Under the pieces are notes generated by a model. That model made no database searches. It was not told where the DNA came from and was given only the letters and a program-made list of their open reading frames with translations. A stretch of DNA of 64,000 bases from Raillietiella orientalis (taxonomy: Eukaryota), in contig JAYWIR010000001.1 in NCBI GenBank assembly GCA_036172245.1, positions 10,602,001 to 10,666,000 of the forward strand, read 5' to 3'. Made by a program: the position numbers and the translations under genes. Every line of letters begins with the position of its first letter. The stretch's first letter is position 1. Positions 12,629 to 24,599 of this stretch are shown in pieces.

Positions 12629-13641
12629 CTGCCAAGCCCAAAGTGAAGAGCCACTACCGGGCGCACGAGATGGCTCTCTGGATCAACCTGATCCCGGCTC
12701 TCCACAAGTCTGGAAACGACGGAAGCACGGCGGCCAAGCACCACGCGTTCGGGGAAGACTCATACGACGGCATAGTCAGGAGGGAGCCCTACAGGAGCGA
12801 GCCCTTTGTCTCCTCCACGGAGGGGGGCACCACGGAAATCTCCCCGAGGAGCGACTCCCAGGAGCCGCTCAGCCCCGAGGCGATGACCTCCCCCACTCTC
12901 GGTGAACGCGGAGGAGTCCAGGAGGAGTCCAGGATCGTCCCGAGGACGTCGCCTCAGGTCTTCAATGACTCCGAGCTCTGGTGGCTGCCCCGAGTCTTCC
13001 ACCGCAACTACGCGGTGGCTCTCGGGGTCATTATCGCCGTGGGTTGCTCTCTTTTGGTGCTCAACATCCTCATCTTCGCTGGCGTCTACTACCACCGCGA
13101 CCACTCCAAGGGCGGGGAGGCTGCAGCCTCCAGAGCGGGTGCCACCGCCGCCAAGGACGACGACGAGGACGATGAGGACGACTGTGGTGGCTCCCTGTCC
13201 TCGCGGAAGAGCTACGGACGCCTCTTCCCCAAGGACGCTTCTGGCGGGAAGTCCCCAGGGGTGCAGCAGAGGATCCTCCTCAACCACCACCACCACCATC
13301 AGCATCACCACCACCAGTCACGCCCATCCCCCATCCTCCCTCGCGTCGGAATCAAGACGAATCACCTGACCGAGGAGGACTTCGACCTCCTCCCGGAGGC
13401 ATCCGCCTTGTACGCGGACTTCGTCCCCGAGCCGCCTCCGCCCCCGAAGTCCGCCAACCCCTGCGGCGGCGTCCCCGGAGGAGGGGAGGACACGCTCACA
13501 AGGTGCGCGGTCTGTGTGCCTGCCGCGGGCAAAGGCGGCGGCAGCGGCGACCCGTGTGGGTCGTCGTCCAAGAGGTCCACGGAGCCGGCCGCCCGGTCTC
13601 CAGGCAGGCCTAAGTCGGAGGTCCAGGAGATCCGCGTCTAG
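12629..13641 (+). CDS. Nlg: Neuroligin terminal exon (stalk, TM helix, cytoplasmic tail)
   Basis: gcttgcag|CT GCC AAG. Reads KPKVKSHYRAHEMALWINLIP, TM segment YAVALGVIIAVGCSLLVLNILIFAGVYY, a His-rich tail and a PDZ-ligand-like end QEIRV*, TAG ending at 13641. Confidence 0.93.
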
Positions 13642-15767
13642 GGAGGAGCTATGGAAGGGTAAGGGGAACGTGGAACGCAAGTAACTATTCCCCACCCTTC
13701 GCCTCCCTTTTAGCGTTTCCTTGGCGACGTTCTCTTACTCCCGAGCCACCCTCGAAGCCGGAAGGTGGTTCGTCATAGAAGGAACCTCTGGAGCCTTCGC
13801 TGGCATGTGGCTCCGCGGCTCCCTTGAGGCCATCAATTTTCCCCACCCCTAATTACTCCACTTCTCCCTGTTGCCAAGAGACGTCGCCACGCCCGTCGTC
13901 CCCCTTTCTTGTTCCTGGTTCGCCCGGGTGAAACGGGCTCTCCCCTGCGCTTCGGCCCCCGGGGACGGGCACGGTCGAGGATGTCAACCGCAGCCCTCTT
14001 CGGGATCCTCGGCTGCTCCATCTCCGCACCTGCCCTTCTCCCTCTGTTCCTCGACGGCCGCAGTCCTATTCCTTCGTCTCCGGGAATTCCACAGCTCCCT
14101 GAGGATCGCCACATCTCTTCTTGGGAGCCAAATACAGAAATCCTCGACCTTTCCCTTGCGCCTCTTTCACCTACCGGGATCAGGAGAGAAGAGAACGGGA
14201 AGGTGGGGACCGGGAAGCAGCAGCGGCGGCAGGTCGGTACTCCAGGGATCGCCACGTTTCCTGCCCGCTTGCCCGCATCGCGGAGCTCCCCCCGGGGGAG
14301 GCTGAGGATTCTCCTCCCGCGTTCCCTTACGCCGCAGGCTGTCTTCCGTGGCCTCCCTGGCAGGTGCGCCTTCCCTCGTCTTCGTCGGGAAACCAGCAGG
14401 TTCTCAGGGATCCCAGAGGAAGCGGAGGGAGGCAAAACCCTGCGCTTCTCCGGGTGCCCGCTACCATGGGACCTCCTCGTGTTTTTCCGGTCGTTGAGGA
14501 AGCAGAGCGGTCGGCCGACCGCTCCGCGAGGCCCCGCGGCAGTTCTGGAAGAGTGCCGCACCCCAGCCCCGGGACTACCAGGAGGTCCCCTTCATGGTCA
14601 CCTCCGGAGAGGAAGGAGACGGTGCATTCACACAGCGAAAGGGCTCCGGATGCACGGGGGGAGTGGGATTGCAGCGATCCCCCGGTGCGAACCGCGAGAC
14701 GCAGGAAGCAGGTTCGTCTGAGGGGGGTCAGCTGTTTCCATATTCACGGCAAAGACCTGGACCGCAGCGAAGCGCCGCTCCTGCTCCGCCATCGCTGATG
14801 CCGGGAGGGAGAAAGGAGGTCCCACGTCACCGTCTGTCCCCTATTCCGCCCCGAATTCCTCCTATTTTCCCCTTTCAAGCCAAGGAAACTCCGGGACTTC
14901 CGACGCGCAGAAGCGATCCCCTGTAGCGGCGATCGCTGCAGGAGGCGAGCGGGAGGAGGAAGTGAGCTCATCGGGGAGCTTGAGAAGTGCCGCCTGAGGC
15001 AGCGATCACCTTCTCTGCAATGCCACCATACCCGGGGCATTTTCAGGAATGCCCCGACCATCAGAAAGATGCCGAAGGCCTCCGCGGATAGACGGAGAGG
15101 ACGCCTTGTGCCACTGCAGCATGGGAGGAACCTGGCAGGGTCTTCAGGAGGCTGTTGCCCCCTTCACCCACACACCTCCATCCTGCATGATGGCTTCCCC
15201 TTGATGCTGAAGTCCCGAGAAAGAAGAAAGAAACAAAGGATCGCGCCTCCGGACCTTCCTTCGGCGAGCTCGGGGTGGGTGCGCGCGGTCCCCAGAAAAC
15301 AAAGGTCTCGTCCGGCGTCCCTCCGGCATCTCGGCGTCCTCCTTGCGACTGGTCGCCTCCAGCTTTCGATGCTGTGGAGTCCCCGTTCCAGGTCCGAAAA
15401 CAGGAATACGATGGAGGGAATCCCAGAGTCCTTCCAATGATTGCGAAGGCACGCGCTGTTGTCTTGGAGACAGCGTTTGGACTGCCAGGACCAGAGCGGT
15501 CTTCGCCATCAGCTGTGAACAGCATCCAGGTCTGGGACTATCCAGAAGACTCCCGCGATCCGACATAAGAAATCGGGACCCATCGGGTCCTTCAGGAAGC
15601 TGAAGATGATGGCCGAGGGCTGGAAAAAACTGGGAAGATGGGGAGGGGGAGGAAGCCATCGTTTCAGACACCACTTTCAGGGCGGCACGCTTTCCGGAGA
15701 GGTGGCGGAAACGCTAAGGGAGCTCTACTGAAGATAGGGCCGAGTACCTGCAAACTTTCCCGGCGGG

Positions 15768-15773
15768 AATAAA
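15768..15773 (+). promoter_or_regulatory. Possible polyadenylation signal for neuroligin
   Basis: First AATAAA I can see downstream of the neuroligin stop; position only. Confidence 0.25.
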
Positions 15774-16654
15774 GGCTGCTTCCCCCCGAGTCTTCAGTTG
15801 TTGGTTCTTCCACAGGGCACCCTCGAGGAGTCTCCTGGAGGAGCTGCGGTCAAAGTTCCCTCCGGCACGCCAAGCATGGGGTTGGGTATGCTGCGAGCGG
15901 CTTCCACAGAAGGGCGGGAGCGCGCCGAAACCGAACCCACCTTGCCGGAGTTCGCGGCGACCCCTGGAGAGCCTCCCTCAGATGCAGCGAGCAGGAAGAG
16001 GTCTTGGGGGAGGGGGGTAAAGGAGTGACTTGTCTGCTACGACCCTCCCTCCAGAGACTTCCGCATTATCCAGGTGCTGCTGCTTTCGCAGTCCCTAGGG
16101 CCACGCGCCAAAGGACGAACGAGGTTCCTTGTCTCTCGTTTCCCCTTCTCCCCTCCTCCAGGAGGGGGAAAAAAAAAAAACGTGCTCTTTCGGAATTCAC
16201 GCAAAGAGTCGAGACGCAGTAGTCCTGCCTCGCTCCCGGGTGCTGCAGGGAGATCGGCTGCTGCCCCTACTCGCTTTCTCGCCTTCCCCCTTTTTAAGGG
16301 AGGATTTATTCGCTCCCCTTTCCCGGTTACTGCCGTTTTTAATTCATCAGACTCCAGGCGCGCGCACTGTCTTGATCGGTTTCACTTTCTTCGATCGATA
16401 CCGCCATGTCCGGGTTCCAGAAATGATTTAATTATCTGCAGTTTCGCTTGCCGTGCCATTTCAATCCTTCTTCTGCAGGCAGCTTCGAGCAAAAAGGGGG
16501 GGGGGGATGAAAAGCTGCAGCGGAGTCGGGAGCAGTCGCGCGACTCTGGAAGCTTCCCAGCTCCCTGCCGCGTCAGCTCGCTAAGCGAACCGCCGACCGA
16601 TATGCGGCCTTCCGGAAGGCTTGGAAGCCACCTCGAACGCTCCTGCACACGAGT

Positions 16655-16964
16655 CCTCTTCCTCCTTTCTTTCCTCCTCTTCTCTTCCTCTTACTCTCTC
16701 CCTTCTTTCCTCTTCCACTCTGTCTTCTCTTTCCTTCCTCCCTTTTTTCCTCCTCCTCCCTCACTCCTCTACCTCCCTTCTCCCTCTTCTTCTCTTCCTC
16801 CTCCTCTTTCCTTCCTTTTTCTTCCTCTTTATCCTCTTCTCTCCCTCCTTTTCCTCCCTTCTTCCACCTCCTTTCTTTTTCTTTCTCTCTTCCTCCTCGT
16901 TTCTTCCTTCTTCCTCCCTTCCTTCTTCTTCCTCCCCTTCGTTCTTCTCTTCGCTCTCTCTTTC
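16655..16964 (+). repeat. CT-rich polypyrimidine tract
   Basis: Almost exclusively C/T. Confidence 0.9.
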
Positions 16965-18184
16965 AAGGTGGCGCAGCTCTGAGCAGCCTTCCAGGGTGGG
17001 AACCGGGTGGCAAGAAGAGCGTTCGTAGGCAATGGAAGCTGCGGAGGTGGAGACGGAGGCATTACTCGGAAAAAAACCAGAAGAGCAGTCGAAGCATCTG
17101 CAACGAAGAACTTTCCCGAACCACGGGGTGCTTTGGTATTCGGATCCAAGATGGTCGCTGCGGGGGCGTCTCCTTCAAGGACGGTGCTCTTGAATGGAAG
17201 AAACGAAGTCTTCCGGCAGTTCTTCGTGCCTGCGGATTGCTGTCAGTTTGTCCGAGCCGTCGGGTGGTCTCTACTGCTGATGGCTCCTCTACATAAGCAG
17301 CTTCCGAAAAAGACAGAGTTCTTCCGCTAGCTAGGTTCCGCCTCCGCACGGGACGCAGGCGTCCGGTGGACATCAAGGAGGAGGCGTGGGACCGGATGCA
17401 TGGAACTCCGCGAGCCCGCAGGGGGCATCCGAGGCAAAGCCTCGCGGCTGTCTTTTGCCGTCGGAAGCCAGACTGAGCTTTCCGGATGCCTCCTCCACAG
17501 GCTGCCTCCGGAGATGCTTGCCGTCGTCTCGGGAGTGCGTCTTTCTCTTCAGGAAGCGTCTCTCTGGGGCCTCCCTCTTTCTTCCTAGATGTCCTCCGGG
17601 GCGCTTGCTTGCGAAAGAGAAGTGGAGGCGCCTTCCGGCGGGGAGGGGAGGAAACTCGCTGCACGCCTTCCGGTACTGATGGCAGAGGAAGCGGCGGAGC
17701 CGCCAAGCGAGGAGCTCCGGACGAGAAGACAAGCGAAAGCGGAAGGCGCGCTGGGGAAGGCGGGCGCTGCCGCGACATCGCCATGGACGCGCCTCATTTA
17801 GCCCAGCCGGCGGCATCCTCTAGACCCTGTCGCCTCCCACCCCACCCGGCTTTCAGGCAGGGTTCGGCATGGGGTCGCTCGGATCCGCCTCGATTAAAAA
17901 GATCCGGCGTCCCGGAGTTCTGCCCCGACCGGTCCTGTACTCGTTTCCCGCCGCGGGGAGGTCTCCTGGCTGCCAGCTTTACGGGACCGGAGACTCCCGG
18001 ATGGGGAAAGGGAAGAACAGGCATCGTGCATTATCTCCCCGGAAGACCACCACCGAAATTCCCGCTAAATTCCGGTGCGCAAAAGAGAAACGTCAGGGAT
18101 AAAGTGGGATGGGTTGGAAGCAGACAGGTTTGCGCGCCCGGTTTCCCGGTCCTTCCCAGTGCCCGACGAGGATTCGCCTTCGCG

Positions 18185-18265
18185 TTGCTGTTGGCTACCG
18201 ATGGGACGAGTCGATCCTTCAGGGTTTCTTCCAGGAACCAAGAAGCCGGTTCCCTCCGGCTTCTT
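18185..18265 (+). mobile_element. Internal fragment of the same SINE
   Basis: gagtcgatccttcagggtttcttccaggaaccaagaagccggttccctccgg matches the SINE mid-body. Confidence 0.5.
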
Positions 18266-19599
18266 GCTTCCAGGAAAGGCTGGACCTGGTTCCTAGAGAG
18301 CTGCTACCTCAGTGGCTCCGACCTTCGGCCTCATCCCCCATGTACAGGTGGATGAGGCAGTCGCGGAAGATGCGACACTTAAAGCGAGTTTCTGCATCCG
18401 TCGCTGTCGGGGATGGGGGGGTAGGAGAAGGGGTGTTTCTTCTGCTTGGCCCCCGAAGAGCTCGGATAGCGTTGCGATGTGGGCTGTGGTCCGGCTGTCC
18501 CGCGAGCGTCACTGAGGCGTCCTCCCGCCTCCGCCCCCTCCACACCCGCGCGGAGGCGATCTTGTAACCTCCCGTCTTTCATTCACGCGCCTTCTCCATC
18601 CTCGGTAGGACGCGTGCCATAGTGGACGAAGAGAGGCACCGGTGATCATCGTTGTATAGCGACCTCATCCCGCGACTACCGGACCTATTCCTCTCAGCCG
18701 GGCAGCCGCGCTCGAACGCGGCGGAGGATTTTGAGAGACTGGCAACCCTGCGCAACGTCTCGGCATCCGAGGAGGCCTCCGAGTTGAGGCGCTAGCACCA
18801 GGGAGCTGAAGCGCCCCGTCCCTCCCGTGGCCGAGGCAAGCAGCATGGCTGCCAGCACCCTCACCCGCGATGGAGCCAGCGCAGCTGGAGTCAGGCATCA
18901 CCTTTCTCCCGCGAGCCCCAGCAACCCAGCAGCTGGCGGGTTGCCAAGTGGAAGGACGTCCGGGCCAGGAAGTCCAGCAATCCCGAGGTTTCCGCAGGGA
19001 GTGCACAGGAACTCGGTGCACCTCAACGACCCCCCATCCTCTCCCCCCGAGCGGACTTTTGGCGTGGCTCCGCTCTTTCCATCCACGAGCCGGCACAGTC
19101 TCGTCCCGACGCTGCAGGAGTCCTCGACTCTTCCTTGCCCCACACATGGCTTCCTGAGCAATCTCGTGCTGAACGTGGGAGGGCATCGTCGATGGAGGAC
19201 CCCTCCAGGAGTTTTACCACACTGCCACTGTTAGGAGGGTCGGGCTCTCTAGGAGCTCCCACTTCTTTAGCAACCCCCTGCTAGCAAGCGTTCCTGCTCA
19301 ATGGACGGCGTCAGCGCATCTCGCGTCCCCGAACTCGCGACGCACCCAATGGTGTCGACGTTTACGAGGGTGTTTGAACCGTGGTGGCCACGGCCCGGAG
19401 CGGCAACTCGGGCCGGACTCCCAGTACTGACCAGCCCGCAAGCTACCATAAGCTGCTTCCAAAGAGCGCTCTTCAGACGCTGGACGATGGAGAAGGTGGA
19501 GGTGCTGACTATGAAAAACAGGCAGCACACCGGCGTGTCCGACGGTCCCTTGCCACCGCATCTACCCAAGAAGCTTGCTTAGGAAACGCATGTCAACTT

Positions 19600-21700
19600 T
19601 CGAAAGCGGACCAAGCAACCTAGAAGCGCTCCGAGGGTGATCTTCATCTCGCTGGCAAGTTAGGAAGAGCATTTTGAACTTCCGTGTTCCCGTCTCTTTC
19701 TGCGAAGCAAGTGGTGCTGAGGGCGTCTGAAGGCCCACCGTGGTTCGGGAGCACAGATTCCAGCAAAACCTTGTCCATCCAGCGTCCGGCGACGAATCCT
19801 CCCCAAAATGCAGTTTGTTTCCGTCTCAACTCTAGATGGACGATGCTGGAATGGTGGAAGACCAACGGGGTAAGTCCTCTTCATTGTCAGCAAACCGGAA
19901 GGAGACGCCGTGGCGGTCGTGACAAGCGTCTTGTTGATGAGGAAGAGGCGATGAGGCTCTCTCCTGAAGACCCTGCTGTGCAGCAAGCAGGGACGGATGC
20001 TGTCGCAGAGGAACGAGCAGAACACACGAAAATCGACCCTAGGGCCGTCCCATACACCAATGCATTCCCCTTCCTCTTGCGCATCTTTGCGATGGTGCTC
20101 TGGTCCACTTTTGCTTCTTCCTAAGTCCTCCTGGATTTTCATTTTTTCCGATTTTCTTTTCCTTGGCTCGCAAAGTCCTCAAGTGATGCTCCGCTCCTCA
20201 GGTGCGCCGGAGAGGCTCGACAACGCCGCTACTTACGCGGGTTTCTTCTGCCACACAGCCGAGGTGTGCGTGAAGCGGACACGGAGACCGCGATGTGTCT
20301 ACTCCCAATCCCCAACTGCTACTCGAAGGGCCATCGGGCTGCGGTCGCGAGCGGCACAGATCTACCGACTCACGCCGATGTCAGAGCTGCTCCAGCGTCA
20401 TCTCGCGGATGGTCGTTGAACTCGCTACGCATCCAACTGAGCGTCGGCGCTTACGAGAGTGTTCGAACCGTAGGGCCACGGCCCGGATAGGCAATGCGAA
20501 TGCTGACGATCAAGCAAACCGACTGGCAGCCTTGAAAGAATCTAAACAGCTACCCAGGATGACTTTGCAGCTCTTGACGGCCGAACAGTGAAACGCTAAT
20601 AAAAAGCAGAGATGCAGGGTTGCCACGGGGAACGACATTCATCTCCACTGTGTCATGGGGATTCAGTGTGGTTTTGGAGACACCTGTGAAATTCTTTTGA
20701 AGAAATTTCCATATTTGGGGAAGGGAGTGGGGAAATCTCTTCATAATGGTACTGGAATAGTCTTTTCAAGAAAGCCATTAGGGTACTCACCTTAGTCGCC
20801 CCGAAATTGGTTTGCCAGCGCTGGAAGAAAAGCATTTTTGTTTCTGCAGATATCACAAGAGAAAGAGAGGACTCGCAAGCGCTGCGGGAGGAAGGATTCG
20901 GGAATGCTGTGTAAATTGAGGGTTGAGTATCGTGGATACCGTGGTTGGTCTTCAGCACCGCATTCACAGCAGCATCTTCTTGAAGTAGCGAGACTGAAAG
21001 CTTGATTGCTGCAGCAGCCTGTAAGTTTCCCGTGGGCCAACTATGAGGCACTTCAGAGGTCTGAGCATTCTGTATTCTCACCAGCTGGATGCTGGATGTT
21101 CTTGGAGTGGTTGCCATCGGTAACCCACCCAAGGAGAGGCTCCCGCGAGCAAACCCCAGGAGCACAGCCCCTCTACACACGGAGATCTGCAGTCCTGGAG
21201 CCGACCCCTCCCTCCACTGACCCTTGTCTCCAGCAACTCTAACGTGCGGAAACCGAAACCAGGGCAGAGCGAGATTAAGCAGCTGTGTCCCGAGCCCTGA
21301 AAATTATCGCCATGGTGGATAGGAAATGCCAAGGAAGGCTGGAGCACAGCTCTCTGGGAGACGAGAGCGCTGGCAGTGATGGCCTCAGCCCCCGAGTCAG
21401 AAGATCATTTGCGCTGGGCCGGGACGCCAGCATCTGCGGCGTCAGATGCACGACAGGCTTTCTCGAGTGAAGTCGAGTGTACGGATCATTTCCGCAGCGA
21501 GAGCCATGTTGCGGACGGAATCTCCGCTCCCCTTGGCAAGCAGCTACTCATGACTCTTCTCTGCGTGTCGAGCTTTAGCAAGGAGCGAGCCCTACCAAAC
21601 AGTCGTGCAGCAGACTATCCGGGAAAAAGTGGACGCCATCTCCGAGAGCGGTAGAAGGTGGCAAACGGTGGAAGGAGTCGATGCTCTTCAGACTATTGAG
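19600..21700 (+). mobile_element. Heavily decayed L1/Tx1-like non-LTR retrotransposon (EN/RT region)
   Basis: Degenerate motifs in the expected order: ERLD (~20210), ETPVKFF*RNFHIWGRE (~20677; cf. GLPVEFY..FW), VLTLVAPK, LVFSTAF, RRGSREQTPGAQPLY...VLEP (21132-21203; cf. RGVRQGxPLSPLLF...EP). Many stops; boundaries approximate. Confidence 0.45.
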
Positions 21701-21729
21701 GTGGTTTGTACCGTGTCACGCCATGACGT

Positions 21730-22700
21730 TTATTTTGAAAATAAATAAATAAAGCACAAGTCAGAGGAGACGGTGTCCCCTAAATACAAGGGGTGCCAGG
21801 GAAAAAAAGGAAGTTCATTGGGGTGACCACTGGCACGCAGGCCGGCTTGCTTGGAATTTCGGAGCGGGGAGGAGAGGACAGCAAATAAAGGAAAAGATGA
21901 GGGAAGGGTAGGAACAGGAGTCCTACCCTTCCCTACTTTGCTATAACTTGTTCCGTGGTTTTCTGAAACCGGTTGCAGATGGCAACGGTCTCCTTGACGA
22001 CTTCTCCTGGCAGGTGAGGCCATCTTGCAGCAGTCCTCACCAAGGCGGCTGCCATGCTGGTAGCTTCCGTTCGCTGAGAACAAGACTCCAACACATGGCG
22101 GACTGTAACCATGGCGCGAATGCAACAGGTGGTTGCGATCGCGGTGCTCGTCTTCAGCCTGCCTGGAGTGAAGAAGCACCGCAGCGAGTGCTTGGCGACA
22201 CCGTCGTGGAGTGGGCTGAGATCATGGCTGCGGATGCAGCATCCCGTCGCAATCACGGCGCCTGCCGCCAGCCCGTCTTTGCTTGGAGAATCGCCGCAAC
22301 AAGTCCGTAGCGGTGTCCTCCGGGTGACGGACCGTCGAATCGAGTCGCCACCATATGCCCTCCAGGGCACCACAGTCCAGCAAGAGGCGTAGGAACGATC
22401 CCATCGACCTCGTACAACTTGGGGACTCAACTTCCCCGGAGGCCAGGCGCCTGAACCCTCAGCGCAGGGACAGCGGAACACTCCCGTCTCCAGCGGAGTG
22501 GAAACACATGGGATGTCCACACAGAGAAGAGACCGCGAGTTCTTCGGAGGTCACATCGAGCTGATGCACTGGGATCTTCCGTGCAACGCCCGCCGGTTTC
22601 ACTGGACCAGGTGGGCTGTGGATCTTAACTGTTGCAGGTGCGGGAGTAGGAATCCCAGCTCTCGCACGAGCTTGTAGACTGTGTTGCCCCCCGGCCCCTT
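21730..22700 (-). mobile_element. L1/Tx1-like retrotransposon 3' relic
   Basis: Clear nucleotide homology to 39540-40390 (e.g. ATCGCAACCA(C/T)CTGTTGCAT, CCTCACCTGCCAG, CCTGTTCCTACCCTT) and to 29200-29530. Confidence 0.65.
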
Positions 22701-22759
22701 TGGTTGAGTTACGCAACAGTCTTTGGTGCACCGACCGACAATCCCGTGATGAAACGCCT

Positions 22760-23180
22760 CTTCATGCGCGATGCCCTTTCGCCTGCCTCATCCCCAGCAG
22801 TTCTTTGCTGCCTACGCGGGATCGTGGCGGCCTGGAGCTACGCGAGATGAGGATGGCGCGATAGGGACGCCATCTGCTTTGCCCTGAGCTTCCGGCGGAC
22901 GGCCACCTGGGGCATACTCAGATGGAACTTGCCGGCATCCTGGAAAGGATGCAGGGGACACCCTCCAGAGGACAAGGATCCCTTTCCGTACCCCCTAGAG
23001 TTTTTTATTTATTTATTTCTACTTTTGTTTGCCCCTTCCCCCTCGCTGCCGAGGCCTCCATGCCAGTTGCTCAGCAGGTTCCGAGCATTTTCGGACGATG
23101 TAGGGTCGATGGGCCTACACATTTGTGTTTATTATCTTTATAATGAACGTCCAAGCGTGACCGGGTCATAAACCGAGATG
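22760..23180 (+). mobile_element. L1/Tx1-like retrotransposon 3' relic (short)
   Basis: Aligns with 26385-26780 (CCTACGCGGG..GTGGCGGCCTGGAGC, AACTTGCC.GCATCCT..GAAGGATGCAG, T-rich 3' UTR, AATGAACG). Confidence 0.6.
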
Positions 23181-24019
23181 GCTCGGGATCTGCATCTGAG
23201 CCTACATCTCCGGAAGCGACCCGTCTGCCAGAATCGGCTCGAAAAATGGATGACCCACATCTCCAAGAGACTTGGAACCGTCCCAAGGCAAAGGTCCGGA
23301 TGCTGGATTCCGAGGCCCCTTCGCGAGTGGTTTGCCTCATTGCGCTGCTTCATTCGTGATCCGTGATCAGAGAGTGGAGTCCTCCCCCGCCTCCGGCACT
23401 CGGATGCCCTGGTTCCTCTTCGTTGCACTCTTCGTCGAACGACCGGTAGTGGTCGAGAAGAATCGCCCACTTTCGATGTCAGCAGCACCCTCCCAGAGGC
23501 CGTCTCAACTTGTCTTCGCCTGGATCGATGGCCGAACCAAATCACAGTGGACCTTACTTTTTCGAACCTTCTTCAAATGTGGTGTCAGTTCTTTCGCCAG
23601 ATCGCTCCATAGAAAATTGGATCTGACGATTCTTCCGGGGCTCTCCTCGTAGTCCCAGGTCCCAGTCGGCACGCACGAAGCGTGGGGTTTAGCAGATCGG
23701 AACCCGTCCTTCGGACGAAGAAGCGGCACCGTTCCTTCCTGGAAATCGTTCCTGCGCTGACCCTGCATATCGGGGGGGTCGCCGTCGCCTCCCTGGAAAG
23801 AAGAGCTGGTCGTGACCCTGTCGCTGCGTCGCTCAGCCAACGGCAGCAGGGAAGTGCATCTCGACTGGGATCACCAAGCGTCACTCGATCGGAGTTCCTA
23901 CGATCGTCCTGGATGATTTTGGAAGGAAGTCGTCGGCGAAGGCACACCCACGGAACCTGTCTTCTCCCCCTCCCCCTCCTTCTCTTTCTGTTCCTGAAAT
24001 GGAAAAGAGGGCCCTTTCC

Positions 24020-24145
24020 CTCTTCTCCACTAGTGGCTCCAAGTGTTGCAGGTTCGAATCCCAGTCAGAGGAGGGGTCGGCGCCAAGAACGGGGGGTGCG
24101 TCGTCGTAGTAGGTTCCTAAGCCCTCCCTCCATAGGATGCTGCTG
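24020..24145 (+). mobile_element. 5' fragment of the same SINE (copy D)
   Basis: ccaagtgttgcaGGTTCGAATCCc...gggtgcgtcgt, matching the head of copy A; B box at 24051-24061. Confidence 0.65.
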
Positions 24146-24599
24146 CAGGGGGGATTGGAAAAAAAAAGAAACACGCAAGCTGTTTTTGAATATCTGTGCC
24201 TTGGCGTGCTTGCGCGCGCCAGGTCACGGTGACCTTCCTTCCCCCCCATCTCAGTTCCTCACAAGGACCGGGATCGATGCTTCTCCCGAACGCTCCTGGT
24301 TCTCGCCGCACGGTGAACCATCCGGTCAGAAGCCGGATTCGCAGATTCCTTCGTGCGCACGCCCGCATTCCCAACGCGCGTCCGCGCGAGACGAACATCC
24401 TCTTGCCTTTTTCACGCTTTTGTTTGCGTTCCGGGGAGCGAGCGCGGCGGGATCGCTTCGTTCCCCCCCCCCCCTGCCCCACGATTTACCATTGCTCAGA
24501 GACCTCTCCTTTCCCCTGGAGCACTTCGCCTGCCTCAACCGTCTCTCCGTGGCAGGTAATCGCCGTCCGTGCGGCCATCCTGCACCTCATCCGCATTCC

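Larger units (their letters stand above)
5577..13641 (+). other. Nlg: Neuroligin gene, 3' part (partial model: join 5577-6208, 7934-8085, 10112-10227, 12629-13641)
   Basis: Four exons with GT-AG borders and compatible phases (0,2,1). They translate into the C-terminal half of a cholinesterase-like domain, a neuroligin-type TM helix and a tail ending in EIRV*. No upstream exons recognised in 1-5576. Confidence 0.93.
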
